57,902 bases of DNA from Eubacteriales bacterium (GTDB taxonomy: Bacteria; Bacillota; Clostridia; Oscillospirales; CAG-272): assembly GCA_045536775.1 (NCBI GenBank), contig JAZSOD010000010.1:1-57902 (forward strand). The letters are read 5' to 3'. The notes under the pieces are model-generated. The model had not been told where the DNA came from, made no database searches, and worked only from the letters and a program-made list of their open reading frames with translations. Made by a program: the position numbers and the translations under genes. Positions 9,943 through 20,658 of this stretch are shown piece after piece (within the stretch, counting starts at the first letter, position 1; every line of letters begins with the position of its first letter).

Positions 9943-10830
9943 TCAGCCAACGAACTCTCTGTAAAGAGAATTTTCGGGCAAATAAGCCGTTGACAGGGGC
10001 TCTGCCCCGTCAAAAAATTTCTTTATATTCTGCACATAATCAAAGTACGCGCTGTCGGGTCCAATCATATCAAGAAGCTTGAAAAGCGGCTCCTTGATGA
10101 TGCTTATCTCATATCCCATAAGAGAGTCGATCTTATAATCGGACTCGTTCTCATACGGAAGTATTGAAGCATCCTCGTTTGCACTAACACTCTCCCATAG
10201 CTTGAGCGTGAACTCGGGCGAGCTTGATCGCTTGGCAAAGTCTCTGACAAGCCGCCTGAAAAGCCTTAACGTCCGCGCACTGACCGAAATGCCGTTCACG
10301 CTTACACCGCGCTCAACGCTTATATACACGCTTCTCGTATCGCTTTTGTCAAAAAGCGCTCGTATCTCAGGGTAAATCGCCTGAATTCCTTCGAAAAGAG
10401 TAATGCCGTGACTGCCGTCGTATTCTCTGAAGCCGGTTCTCTCTCCGGTCACAAACGAGTATATCGGAATTCTCACTCTCTCTCCGTCCTCGAGTCCGTC
10501 TATCACCAGCTTCAAAAGCTCAAGGTCAATAGTATCCACCGAATCGTAGTCAAGCTTCCCGCGCGAATCGAGCACCCGTCTTTCAAGATAAAAATCGTCG
10601 ATGGAAATCACCCCGACCTGCTTGCCGCGCTTGCTCATTTCGTCAACGAGTATTTGAGCCGCAGTTGTCTTTCCCGAGCATGTGGGACCACTCAGAGTTA
10701 TAAACTTCAGCCCCTCGGTTTGTGCCAGATCATTCGCACAATCATTTAGTTGTTGCGAAAATTCTTTTTCACAAAGGTCAACGTATTCTATTTTTTGAGT
10801 CTCACCGTCAAAGCGGGTTTTAATTTCCAT
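9943..10830 (-). CDS. nucleoside (uridine) kinase family protein
   Basis: Walker A SGPTCSGKTT, ISIDDFY, FEGIQ, RLFRRLVRD. Confidence 0.85.
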   Translation of the reverse strand: MEIKTRFDGETQKIEYVDLCEKEFSQQLNDCANDLAQTEGLKFITLSGPTCSGKTTAAQILVDEMSKRGKQVGVISIDDFYLERRVLDSRGKLDYDSVDTIDLELLKLVIDGLEDGERVRIPIYSFVTGERTGFREYDGSHGITLFEGIQAIYPEIRALFDKSDTRSVYISVERGVSVNGISVSARTLRLFRRLVRDFAKRSSSPEFTLKLWESVSANEDASILPYENESDYKIDSLMGYEISIIKEPLFKLLDMIGPDSAYFDYVQNIKKFFDGAEPLSTAYLPENSLYREFVG

Positions 10831-12391
10831 AAGCACCCCTCATCATATCGGGCAGTAAACACCCTTCTTGGCGAAAAGACGCGGCTTTTGGTTGTTTTCC
10901 GAAAAAGAAGCTGTCGATAGTATCAAAATATCTTTTTTCGTTTTCCGCCTCATCTTCCCTCATATATTCATACGGATATTTCGGCTCATATATTCTTTGT
11001 ATCTTTATTATTCCGTTTTCGTCGGTTTTAACGAATTTTGCGACCGCGCCCGCACCGAGTGCGAAGATCGTATGCTTTTCCTCCATTATCAGCACGTTGT
11101 ATATTCCCATATGTCCGTCTGTCGAGAATCCTACGTTTTCAAGGTTGCTTGCCGCATTCTTCTGTCTGTACATATAGTAGGGCTTATATCCCGAATTCTT
11201 CATTCTGAGCTGAGCGTAGTCAACGCTCTTTGCGGTATCGTTACCACTACGCTTGAATATGTTGCTTTCGCTCGTGCGTATTTCTGCAGACTTCTTCACG
11301 CAGAAGGTATGTACAGTTATATTCTCCGGAGCAAGTGCTATGACCGAGTCTACCGACTTTGCAAAGCTCGGATAGCTTTCACCCGGAAGTCCTGCGATAA
11401 GGTCGCAGTTAATATCCTTTATACCCGATGCTCTCGCTATTTCGTACGCCTTATAGAAATCCTCGGCGGTATGCTTTCTGCCGATGTTTTCAAGTATTGC
11501 ATTGTTAAGCGTCTGCGGATTGATGCTTACTCTCGTTACACCGTAGCGCTTGGCTATCTCCATCTTCTCGGGAGTTATAGTATCGGGTCTGCCTGCCTCA
11601 AGTGTAAATTCAAGCAGCGCCGAGGTATCAAAGCTCTTATTCACCGCCGAAAGAAGTCTTTCAAGCTCGTTTTCGGTAAGCACCGTGGGAGTTCCGCCTC
11701 CGATATATACGGTGATGAGCCTTTTGCCCGCCCTCTCTATCTGTCTTGCCGCACTTTCAATATCACGGCAGAGTCTGTCAACGTAATCGGGTATCATAGA
11801 CAAAAGCCTGTTTGTAGAGTATGACACGAAGCTGCAGTATGCACATTTTGACGGGCAGAACGGTATTGATATATAAAGGCTACAGGTATCCTCGGGAGCA
11901 AGCTCGAGAATAGCCTTTTCATTCTGTGCTACGTCTATACAAAGCGACGCCTTTTTCGGATTAACGAGAAACTCGTGACGGAGATGCTTACGCACCGCCA
12001 TCGGACTTTTTCCCGCGTCAAGCAGCTCAAGCGCAAGCTTTGCAGGTCTTATACCTACGAGCATTCCCCACGAGGGGGTCTTTCCCGTAAGAGCCGAGCC
12101 TGCCTTATATATCGCCTCACCCAGCGCCTTTTTTGCCTGTTTCACCTCGTCTACGCTCTTCTTTATTTCAAGCTCGCTCGTCTCGGTCGTGTTCTTGCCG
12201 CCGAGAGTGAACGAGGCTTTGGCAGTCACCGCCGTGCCGTCACCGTTTTTATCAACGCTGAGCTCAAGCACAGGCGTCTTCTCGGTCAGCTCCTCCTTCT
12301 CGGAAAATTTTTCTCCCGGGAAGAAAAGCTGACAAAGCGACTGTACGTAATATCTGTTTACGCCAAGGTTTCCGTTTATAGTGATTTTCAT
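10820..12391 (-). CDS. hemZ: radical SAM coproporphyrinogen dehydrogenase-like protein HemZ
   Basis: WGMLVGIRPAK, YISIPFCPSKCAYCSF (CxxxCxxC), YIGGGTP, PYYMYRQKN. Confidence 0.9.
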   Translation of the reverse strand: MKITINGNLGVNRYYVQSLCQLFFPGEKFSEKEELTEKTPVLELSVDKNGDGTAVTAKASFTLGGKNTTETSELEIKKSVDEVKQAKKALGEAIYKAGSALTGKTPSWGMLVGIRPAKLALELLDAGKSPMAVRKHLRHEFLVNPKKASLCIDVAQNEKAILELAPEDTCSLYISIPFCPSKCAYCSFVSYSTNRLLSMIPDYVDRLCRDIESAARQIERAGKRLITVYIGGGTPTVLTENELERLLSAVNKSFDTSALLEFTLEAGRPDTITPEKMEIAKRYGVTRVSINPQTLNNAILENIGRKHTAEDFYKAYEIARASGIKDINCDLIAGLPGESYPSFAKSVDSVIALAPENITVHTFCVKKSAEIRTSESNIFKRSGNDTAKSVDYAQLRMKNSGYKPYYMYRQKNAASNLENVGFSTDGHMGIYNVLIMEEKHTIFALGAGAVAKFVKTDENGIIKIQRIYEPKYPYEYMREDEAENEKRYFDTIDSFFFGKQPKAASFRQEGCLLPDMMRGAYGN

Positions 12392-12408
12392 AATACGTCC
12401 GACCTTTT

Positions 12409-12861
12409 TTATTTTTTCAGAATTTCGCTGTCTATACAAACGGTCACGGGACCGTCGTTAATAAGGCTTACCTTCATATCGGCGCCGAATTCTCCGCTTT
12501 CAACGCGTTCCACACTCTCGGACACCCTCTTCTTGAAATGTTCGTATAGTCGGTTTGCCTCGTCAGGAGGTGCAGAGTTAAGGTAGTCCGGGCGGTTGCC
12601 GTGTCGGTAATTTGCGTTAAGAGTAAAGTTTGACACCACAAGCATTCCACCACCGACGTCGGTGAGCGAGCGATTCATTTTTCCGTTTTCATCCGAGAAT
12701 ATACGCAGCTTGACTATTTTATCGCACAACAGCTCCGCATCCCTTTCGGTGTCACCGACGGCGACCCCTAAAAGCACCATAAGTCCGTTGCCGATCTCAC
12801 CTATTACGCGCCCGTCGACCTCGACTCTCGCTTCAAGAACTCTTTGCAGTACCGCTTTCAC
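12409..12861 (-). CDS. dtd: D-aminoacyl-tRNA deacylase
   Basis: KAVLQRV, KLRIFSDENGKMN, FGADMKVSLINDGPVT. Confidence 0.95.
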   Translation of the reverse strand: MKAVLQRVLEARVEVDGRVIGEIGNGLMVLLGVAVGDTERDAELLCDKIVKLRIFSDENGKMNRSLTDVGGGMLVVSNFTLNANYRHGNRPDYLNSAPPDEANRLYEHFKKRVSESVERVESGEFGADMKVSLINDGPVTVCIDSEILKK

Positions 12862-12896
12862 TTTTCTTCACTCCGTTTATTACTTAGTATTCAGAC

Positions 12897-15107
12897 TCAC
12901 GCAAATCCTCTCTTAACGTCATCAACACCGTTTACCGCCCTGAGTCTTGACACGATGGATTTGACGTGGTCAAGGCTTCGGCAGGCAAGATTAAGGTTTA
13001 TAACTACCTCTCCGCCGTTCTTGGTCTGATAATTGATAGACAAAAGAGTTACCTTCATTTCCGCAAGTGCAGCGGTGATATCAGCAAGCAGAGTTATGCT
13101 CTGTGCCGCGTATATCTGTACGAAGGCATCGTACGTATGCGTGTTTTCAAGGCTCTCGGTATCCCAATGAGCGCTGACGAATCTCGTTGCATTTTCTCCC
13201 TCGACAAGTGCGCCCTTGATATTCGGACAATCGTGCTTGTGAATGGAGATTCCGTAGCCTTTGGTAACAAAGCCAACCACCTTGTCGCCCGGCAATGGGT
13301 TACAGCATTTAGCAAACTTGACAAGGCATCCACTCTGTCCGTCTACTATTATACCGCCACCGGTTTTGTGACGCCTTGACGGCATAGCCTTAATCATCTG
13401 AGACGGCTCGGTAACAGGGGGTGTCGCTTGAATTTCGGGGGCGATCACGCGGTCAAATTCGTCCTTGATCCTGCCCGATATCTTTGACACGGAAAGTCCG
13501 CCGTAGCCAACTGTATTGCACAGATCCTCCTCGCTCTTGATGCCTATTCTTTGAGCAACGTTTGTGAGTATCTCACTTCTCTGTGAATCCGTATAGGATC
13601 TGCCGAACTTCTTGAATTCCTTATCGAATTCTGCTCTGCCCACTACTATATTTTCGGCACGCTTTTCCTTCTTGAACCACTGTCTTATCTTGTTACGCGC
13701 TTCGCTGGTCTTTACTATCTTTAGCCAGTCGCGGCTGGGTCCCTTGGACGCAGAGCTTGTGAGCACCTCTACGATCTGTCCGTTTTCGGGTATGCTGTCG
13801 ATCGGCGCTATGGCACCGTTGATCTTCGCGCCTATCATCTTATTGCCAACCGCCGAATGTATCGCGTAAGCAAAGTCGATAAGAGTTGCTCCCTGCGGAA
13901 GCACGATAACGTCGCCCTTGGGAGTGAACACGAAGGTCTCATCGTGGAAAATATCGATTTTAAGGGTGCTTAAGAACTCGTCGGGGTCCATAGTATCGTC
14001 ATTGGTCTCGATGAGCTTTGCAACCCACTCAAGCTTACGGTCAACGTCCTCTCTGCTGCTCATATCGCCAGCCTTGTACTTCCAGTGCGCAGCGATACCG
14101 TATTCAGCAATCTGGTGCATCTCGTGGGTTCTTATCTGTACCTCAAACGGAATTCCGTCATGACCGATTACGGTTGTATGAAGCGAACGGTAAAGGTTTG
14201 GCTTCGGTGTCGAAATGTAGTCCTTGAAGCGTCCCGGCACCGACTTGTAAATCTCGTGAATTATACCGAGAACGGTATAACACTCAAGCTCGGTATCCAC
14301 GATTATTCTGAGTGCATAGAAGTCGTATATCTCATCAAAGCTCTTGTTTTGGTTATACATCTTCTTATAGATGCTGTAAACCGTTTTGACTCTGCCCTCA
14401 AGCTTGAAGGTAAGGTTGTATTCCTTGAGCTTTTCGCTGACACTCTCGGTACATCTCTCGATAAAGTCACGGTTCTGACCGTACTTCCTGTCGATATCGT
14501 TCTGTACCTCCTCGAAGCCTATCGGGTCAAGGTAGGAAAGAGACAGTCTCTCAAGCTCCTGCTTGATCTTCTGCATACCGAGTCGATGAGCGAGAGGCGC
14601 AAAAACGTGCATGGTTTCAAGCGCAGTCTCACGTCGCTTTGCCTCGGGCTTTGCGTGAAGAGTACGCATATTGTGAAGTCTGTCGCAAAGCTTTATGAAT
14701 ATTACTCTGATGTCCTTGGACATCGCGATAAACATCTTGCGCAGATTTTCAATTTCCGCCTCTTCCTTGTTTTCGACCTGGAAGTTGATTATCTTGGTAA
14801 CTCCGTCAACAAGAAGCGCCACCTCGGGTCCGTATTCCCTCTCGATAAAGCTGAGGTCTGTCTTATCCGAGCAGTCCTCGACAGTATCGTGAAGCAGAGC
14901 CGCACAGATAGAGTCGGTATCAAGCTCGAGTCCCGCAAGTATTTCGGCAACCGCTACGGGATGGCTTATATACGGCTCTCCGCTTACTCTGAACTGTCCC
15001 GCGTGAAGCTCGCTGGCGTAATTAAAAGCTTTTTTTATTTTTTCAATATCGTAATTTTTGCCCGTGTTTTTAAGTATACCGAGCAAATTGTCAATTCCTG
15101 TATACAT
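12897..15107 (-). CDS. relA: bifunctional (p)ppGpp synthetase/hydrolase RelA/SpoT
   Basis: HD domain (LLHDTVED), synthetase (FKDYISTPKPNLYRSLHT), TGS, ACT. Confidence 0.96.
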   Translation of the reverse strand: MYTGIDNLLGILKNTGKNYDIEKIKKAFNYASELHAGQFRVSGEPYISHPVAVAEILAGLELDTDSICAALLHDTVEDCSDKTDLSFIEREYGPEVALLVDGVTKIINFQVENKEEAEIENLRKMFIAMSKDIRVIFIKLCDRLHNMRTLHAKPEAKRRETALETMHVFAPLAHRLGMQKIKQELERLSLSYLDPIGFEEVQNDIDRKYGQNRDFIERCTESVSEKLKEYNLTFKLEGRVKTVYSIYKKMYNQNKSFDEIYDFYALRIIVDTELECYTVLGIIHEIYKSVPGRFKDYISTPKPNLYRSLHTTVIGHDGIPFEVQIRTHEMHQIAEYGIAAHWKYKAGDMSSREDVDRKLEWVAKLIETNDDTMDPDEFLSTLKIDIFHDETFVFTPKGDVIVLPQGATLIDFAYAIHSAVGNKMIGAKINGAIAPIDSIPENGQIVEVLTSSASKGPSRDWLKIVKTSEARNKIRQWFKKEKRAENIVVGRAEFDKEFKKFGRSYTDSQRSEILTNVAQRIGIKSEEDLCNTVGYGGLSVSKISGRIKDEFDRVIAPEIQATPPVTEPSQMIKAMPSRRHKTGGGIIVDGQSGCLVKFAKCCNPLPGDKVVGFVTKGYGISIHKHDCPNIKGALVEGENATRFVSAHWDTESLENTHTYDAFVQIYAAQSITLLADITAALAEMKVTLLSINYQTKNGGEVVINLNLACRSLDHVKSIVSRLRAVNGVDDVKRGFA

Positions 15108-15118
15108 ATTGATCCTCT

Positions 15119-17308
15119 TTACTGAACGGCATGCCGTGCAAGATTTTTTAGTAGCTCAGAGCTTGAAAGATCCACTCTGTCGGCACCTTTATTCAAGCTT
15201 ACCGTACAAAATTCGCCATTTTCCCTTGTGTAAGTTATGAGTGAAAGCTCACTTAGTATATCAAGCACCGCTCTGAGCTTAACGTAAGGGTAACTCTCGC
15301 CGCGCTTTATTCTCGCGCAAAGCCCGTAAAGGTTATATCTTACGGTATCAGAGGCGCTTTTTTTTAGAAATCTGTAAACGAGAGCAAAATCCTCTCTTTC
15401 GGGAAGCATTTTTTCGGGATAAGCCCCGCCGTGCAGTGCTCCGTTATAAAGGCTTATGTCCTCGCTTCTTTTTGCTTCAAGCTCCGCTGAGCATCTTACG
15501 TCCTTGATATGTAGTTGAGCATCAACCCTGCCCATAAACTCGTTAAGCTCTATCTGTCCCAGAATATCTATTTTATCTCCTTTTGCAAAGCAGAAGGAGT
15601 CGTACTGTATTCCAAATCCAAGAGCCGTAAGCGTATTTTTTCCGTCTGTGAGCAAAAGCTTGATATGCTTCCCTTCCTTAAGCGGAATAACATCCTTTAC
15701 GATTGCATCCTTTAGTATAAACTGCGGCTTGGGGTTTGCCTGACCGAAGGGTTCAAGTAAATTTATTTCCATTGCCAAGTCGCTTGTTACATTTTCTATT
15801 TCTATTTCGCTGTCCGCGAATATCTTCAAGGTTTCCGTCTCGCACGAAAGCTTTTCGGCGGCGTATGCATTTAATGCCTTTCTAAATTCGCCGAGGCTTC
15901 CTCTTTCCACCGTGAGTCCTGCCGCAAGCTCGTGACCGCCGTATTTGACGAGGCTCTGACGGCAATGGTTAAGGGCATCGACCAGGTCAAGCCCCTTTAC
16001 GCTTCTGCCCGAGCCCTTACCTATGTCTCTGTCACTCGGCTCACCCGACACGTTACCCTCAAACGATATGAGGATGCTCGGAAGTCCGTATTTTTCGGTA
16101 AGACGCGATGCAACTATACCTATAACGCCATGGTGCCATCTGTCGTCATCAAGCACTATCACGCAGTCGTTTGCTGAAGTCTCGCTCTCAATTTTCGCAA
16201 GAGCCTCTACAAGAATATCGTTTTCTTCCTTCTGTCTGACAGTGTTCATATTGCAAAGCTCTGCGGCTATTTCACGTGCCTTATCCTCGTCCTCGGTCAT
16301 AAAAAGCTCTGCAGCTACCGACGCACTTCCCATTCGTCCAACAGCGTTTATCCTGGGGGCAAGAGTGAAGCATATCAGGTTTGTATTTATCTTATTTAGA
16401 CCGGCACCGCTATCATAGTCGATTCCCGCCGCAAGTGACACTAGCGCCTTTGTTCCGACAAATCTCGGTGACCCAAGCGCATCGAGTCCCGCCTTTACTA
16501 TATCTCGGTTTTCACCGTACAAGGGCATTACGTCGGCAACAGTTCCGATTGCAACAAGCTCTGCGTATTTGTCTATTATTTTTTTCGTAGCATTCTCGGT
16601 ATCAAGTCCGCTCTTTCTCATTTCAAGCGCGGTTATAAGTCTGAACACCACGCCAACGCCTGCAAGCTCCTTGAAGGGATACGCACAGTCGCATCTTCTT
16701 GGATTGACTGACGGTACACACGGCAATTCCATCTCGCCCGTTTCGGCGTTTTTTCTATACTCGTGATGGTCCGTAACAACCACGTCTATTCCGTTTTCAA
16801 TGGCATATACGATCTCCTCGATAGCCGTGATACCCGTATCAACGGTCACTATAAGCTGAACTCCGTCTTCCTTGAGTTTATCTATAGAACGGGTATTCAG
16901 TCCGTAGCCCTCGCCTATTCTGCTTGGAATATAAAACGCAGTATCCGTGAGCCCGTATTCACGCAGATACCTTGTTAGAACGGATACGGCAGTAACTCCA
17001 TCAACATCATAGTCTCCGTAGACCACAGTCTTCTCGCCGAGCTTCGCTGCACGTTCTATCCTCTCGCACACTCTTCCCATATCAATCATAGTAAACGGGT
17101 CGGCAAATCCATCGAAGCAAGGCTTACTCTCTATAAAGGCTCTTGCAGATTCGGAGGTCTTGCTTCCTCTGTCAAAAAGAAGTCCTGCCGTGATCTTACT
17201 TATGCCAAGCTCACGCGAGAGCGAGTCAATTATTCGGTTGTCTTCTTCGGTACGTTCATTGAGCAATACCCACTCGCGTACAGGTTCTTTAAGCTTTCTG
17301 TTTATCAT
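15119..17308 (-). CDS. recJ: ssDNA exonuclease RecJ
   Basis: YGDYDVDG, DHH, GTVADV, YGGHELAAG, LEPFGQANP. Confidence 0.95.
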   Translation of the reverse strand: MINRKLKEPVREWVLLNERTEEDNRIIDSLSRELGISKITAGLLFDRGSKTSESARAFIESKPCFDGFADPFTMIDMGRVCERIERAAKLGEKTVVYGDYDVDGVTAVSVLTRYLREYGLTDTAFYIPSRIGEGYGLNTRSIDKLKEDGVQLIVTVDTGITAIEEIVYAIENGIDVVVTDHHEYRKNAETGEMELPCVPSVNPRRCDCAYPFKELAGVGVVFRLITALEMRKSGLDTENATKKIIDKYAELVAIGTVADVMPLYGENRDIVKAGLDALGSPRFVGTKALVSLAAGIDYDSGAGLNKINTNLICFTLAPRINAVGRMGSASVAAELFMTEDEDKAREIAAELCNMNTVRQKEENDILVEALAKIESETSANDCVIVLDDDRWHHGVIGIVASRLTEKYGLPSILISFEGNVSGEPSDRDIGKGSGRSVKGLDLVDALNHCRQSLVKYGGHELAAGLTVERGSLGEFRKALNAYAAEKLSCETETLKIFADSEIEIENVTSDLAMEINLLEPFGQANPKPQFILKDAIVKDVIPLKEGKHIKLLLTDGKNTLTALGFGIQYDSFCFAKGDKIDILGQIELNEFMGRVDAQLHIKDVRCSAELEAKRSEDISLYNGALHGGAYPEKMLPEREDFALVYRFLKKSASDTVRYNLYGLCARIKRGESYPYVKLRAVLDILSELSLITYTRENGEFCTVSLNKGADRVDLSSSELLKNLARHAVQ

Positions 17309-17330
17309 TGTTCCTCTTATGAGTGTTAAT

Positions 17331-17756
17331 TTACTTATTTTCTTGGTTATCGACCGAAACAATTTCGGTGTCGGGTGCCATTTTGATCTTTCTGTCAAGT
17401 AAGTAACAGAAAAGTCCGAACGGGATCAAAAATCCGCCGAGTGCCCAAAGCACAGAGTAAGTACTGCCAAGCCCCTGACTCAGCATACAAGCGGCAAGTG
17501 CTATAACTATCGGTGCTATAAAGACAAGAGCCGCGTACCCTATTATTCGCGATGACTCTGTCTTTACGGTGACCGTATCCCCTATCTGTGCGCCGCACAG
17601 ATTGAGTGCTCTGCATTCTGCGTTCTTATCTCCGAAAGCGAAGCACGCGCTGCAGGAGGAGTCCGTGTTGTGACACCCCTCGCATATCGTTTTTCTTGAT
17701 ACTCTCACAACGGCGTATTCGCCGTCAAGCGAGATAACTCTTGCCTTTTGCGTCAT
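17331..17756 (-). CDS. RseC/MucC family protein
   Basis: CEGC...CSAC cluster plus two C-terminal TMs. Confidence 0.8.
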   Translation of the reverse strand: MTQKARVISLDGEYAVVRVSRKTICEGCHNTDSSCSACFAFGDKNAECRALNLCGAQIGDTVTVKTESSRIIGYAALVFIAPIVIALAACMLSQGLGSTYSVLWALGGFLIPFGLFCYLLDRKIKMAPDTEIVSVDNQENK

Positions 17757-17766
17757 TCGATCAGCC

Positions 17767-19377
17767 TCATTCCGCCTTATATCTTTCCATTACTGCCATT
17801 GCTATATTAATTCCGTCAACCGCGGCACTTGTAATTCCGCCCGCATAGCCTGCGCCTTCTCCACCGGGATACAGATTATCTATACCGAGCGCGGTGTATT
17901 TTTCTCCCCTCATTATCCTGACGGGTGCAGATGTTCGGGTCTCGACTCCGGTAAGGGGAGCCGCAGGGTCTCTGAAGCATCTCATTTTGTTCCCAAACAC
18001 CTCAAAGCCGCGTCTTAACATTGAGTTTACGTACGTCGGGAAAACCGTGTCAAGTCGGGCAACCCTGACGTTTCCGTTCATATAGGTGGGACGTATTATC
18101 TTCGGAGTGCGAAGCTTTTCAGCCTTTCCCTCAATAAAATCGCCGACCGTTTCGCATGGAGCTTTATATCCTCCGCCGCCAAGCTCAAATGCACGTCTTT
18201 CAAGTCTGCGTTGGAACTCTATTCCGTCAAGGGGCGAAGCGCCGTAATCCTCGGGTGAAACCGATACCGCTACCGCCGCGTTTGCATTTTTTCCGTCTCT
18301 TGCGAAGCTGCTCATTCCGTTGGTAACAACACCGCCTGCCTCGCTTGCCGCGGCGACCACCTCGCCGCCCGGACACATACAGAAGGTATAGACCGCGCGA
18401 CCTCCCTCTCTGTGCGAGAGCGCGTATTCGCCCTTGGGAAGCCTCGGGTCACCCGCAAGCTTTCCGTAAAGGGATTCGTCGACACGTGTCTGAAAATGCT
18501 CTACTCTTACACCTACCGAAAACGGCTTTGCTTCCATTGCCACGCCGTTTTCAAAAAGCATCTCGTAAGTATCTCTTGCGCTATGACCGATTGCGAGAAT
18601 GAGAACAGAGACCTCGTATTCCTCTCCGTCATCGGTCTTTATACGGGTAACCTTGCCGTTTTGGACAGTAACGTCCGTGAGCTTTACGTTGTATTTTATT
18701 TCTCCGCCGAGCTCCTTTATCCTGTGAGCCGCGTTTTTGACCACACCGAGCAATTTATCCGTGCCGACGTGTGGCTTTGCACTATACAACACCTCGTCGG
18801 GTGCTCCGAGCTCTACCATAGTTTCAAGGACGTATGAGCATCTCGGATCGTTTATTCTCGTTACAAGCTTACCGTCCGAAAACGTACCCGCACCGCCTGC
18901 GCCAAACTGTATATTGCTGTTTTCAAGCACTCCCGTCTTATAAAAGCGCTTGACCGCGGCACGTCTGTTATCAGCATCCGAGCCGCGTTCAATCACTATC
19001 GGTCTGTAGCCGTTTTCGGCAAGAAGCATAGCCGCGTACATTCCGCAGGGCCCAAAGCCGACAACTATTGGTCTTGCACCGAGCGTCTCGTTTCCTAATA
19101 TCGGGTTTATATCCTCTCTCGCAATATATACCGCATCGTATTTTTCAAGCGCTTCCCTGTCGGGACTCTGCTCCACAGCAAATGCTATCGAGTACACGAA
19201 GCTCGGCTTACCGCCCTTTCTTCTTGCATCAACCGACTTTTTGTGTATCCTTGCGTCCTCAAGCTTTGCCGTGACACCAAGTTTCTCCGCCTTATGATGA
19301 GCACACTCAAGCGCATAGCCCTCATCCTTGTCATAGGGTAGCTTGATGTTACGAAAAACCACCTGTCCTTTATTCAT
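17767..19377 (-). CDS. NAD(P)/FAD-dependent oxidoreductase
   Basis: VGFGPCG Rossmann motif, GAGTFSDGKL, FCMCPGG, GEGAGYAGGITSAAVDG. Confidence 0.88.
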   Translation of the reverse strand: MNKGQVVFRNIKLPYDKDEGYALECAHHKAEKLGVTAKLEDARIHKKSVDARRKGGKPSFVYSIAFAVEQSPDREALEKYDAVYIAREDINPILGNETLGARPIVVGFGPCGMYAAMLLAENGYRPIVIERGSDADNRRAAVKRFYKTGVLENSNIQFGAGGAGTFSDGKLVTRINDPRCSYVLETMVELGAPDEVLYSAKPHVGTDKLLGVVKNAAHRIKELGGEIKYNVKLTDVTVQNGKVTRIKTDDGEEYEVSVLILAIGHSARDTYEMLFENGVAMEAKPFSVGVRVEHFQTRVDESLYGKLAGDPRLPKGEYALSHREGGRAVYTFCMCPGGEVVAAASEAGGVVTNGMSSFARDGKNANAAVAVSVSPEDYGASPLDGIEFQRRLERRAFELGGGGYKAPCETVGDFIEGKAEKLRTPKIIRPTYMNGNVRVARLDTVFPTYVNSMLRRGFEVFGNKMRCFRDPAAPLTGVETRTSAPVRIMRGEKYTALGIDNLYPGGEGAGYAGGITSAAVDGINIAMAVMERYKAE

Positions 19378-19386
19378 ATATCCGCC

Positions 19387-20640
19387 TTACTTGATTTCGA
19401 TCTCAAGCGAGTATTCGCCAAGCTCGTAAACACTTCCCGAAAGTCCCGTAGGAACACCAACGGTCACGGGTACCGTAACCTTTCCGCTGCCCTTTGAATA
19501 GTAGCTGAGATCTGCAGTAAGCACAACATTGTCTGCGTTTACAAGAGCAAGTGAGCCCGAGCTTCCGCGAAGCGTAACGTTTATTCCGTCCTGCTTTACA
19601 GAGTAATCAAGTCCCTCGGGATTCTTGAATTCCACATTGTCAACGTAAATATCACGAGTGGAAGTATTGATATGCGTAACCGTAACCGTGACGTTCTCCA
19701 CTCTGTTCACGTTTTCAACGCCCTCGGGCAACTCAATTACCGCCACTCTCGAGTCTGTTACACCCGTCATCTTCTTTTCGTCGATCGTCATTACCTCAAT
19801 TGTATTAAGCTTTGAAAGCTCTGCAGGGTCGCCTCTTACAACTATACTCTGAGGATCGATTTTTATATTAGAGTTCTTTTCGTTATAGAAGCCGTACTTG
19901 AATCCAACCGAGAGAGGAAGCTCCTTTTCGGTGTATACGGGAATCTTTACTATAACGTCGGTTGTATGAAGCTTCACGTAAGGGTTTGATATTACAGCCC
20001 CATCGTTTCCTATAAGCACGAGAGAGCCTGTGGACGTTACTGTACCCGTAAGTCTGCCGACGTCCACGGTCGCCTGTGCATAAGCCACGTTATCAAGCAC
20101 GTCCTCGGGTCCCGTTACCATCACGGTTGAAAGATTCGCCGACGGTGTTCCGAGAGAATACTCCGACTCTATTGAATATATGGGGTTTACCTTTATCTCG
20201 ACAGGCTTTGACGAGCGCTTATCCACGTATACGTTAACGTAGTTTGCCGAAAGCTCCTTCACGCTGACACCGCCCGGAACCGAGGTGCGCACGTCAAGCG
20301 TATATTCGCCGGCAGCGTTTATTTGAGAAAGGTCAACGTATGCGCTTATATCATCTGCGCTCAAGCGGTTGAGTTCGTTCTTTACCCCGCTTACCGTTAC
20401 GTCTACCGTGTAATTGTAACCGCTTATGACCGTCATACCGTATTCGGTTTCGATGACCTCGGAGGACGTTATCTCAACGGGGATAGAAGCAAAGCGTCTC
20501 TCGTCGATTATGGTCTGCGAGCTTACCACGTAAAACCATAGCAGTAGCGCTCCGAGAACACACATTATTTTTGCGGTAAGATCTTTGTTTCTGTTGTTTG
20601 CTTTTTTTACCTTTGCGTTGTTTTGGTTGGTTTCATTCAT
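19387..20640 (-). CDS. cdaR: CdaR/YbbR-domain regulator of diadenylate cyclase
   Basis: N-terminal TM (ALLLWFYV), repeated beta-rich YbbR domains; downstream of cdaA. Confidence 0.85.
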   Translation of the reverse strand: MNETNQNNAKVKKANNRNKDLTAKIMCVLGALLLWFYVVSSQTIIDERRFASIPVEITSSEVIETEYGMTVISGYNYTVDVTVSGVKNELNRLSADDISAYVDLSQINAAGEYTLDVRTSVPGGVSVKELSANYVNVYVDKRSSKPVEIKVNPIYSIESEYSLGTPSANLSTVMVTGPEDVLDNVAYAQATVDVGRLTGTVTSTGSLVLIGNDGAVISNPYVKLHTTDVIVKIPVYTEKELPLSVGFKYGFYNEKNSNIKIDPQSIVVRGDPAELSKLNTIEVMTIDEKKMTGVTDSRVAVIELPEGVENVNRVENVTVTVTHINTSTRDIYVDNVEFKNPEGLDYSVKQDGINVTLRGSSGSLALVNADNVVLTADLSYYSKGSGKVTVPVTVGVPTGLSGSVYELGEYSLEIEIK

Positions 20641-20658
20641 ATCCGTATCCTCCCCTCC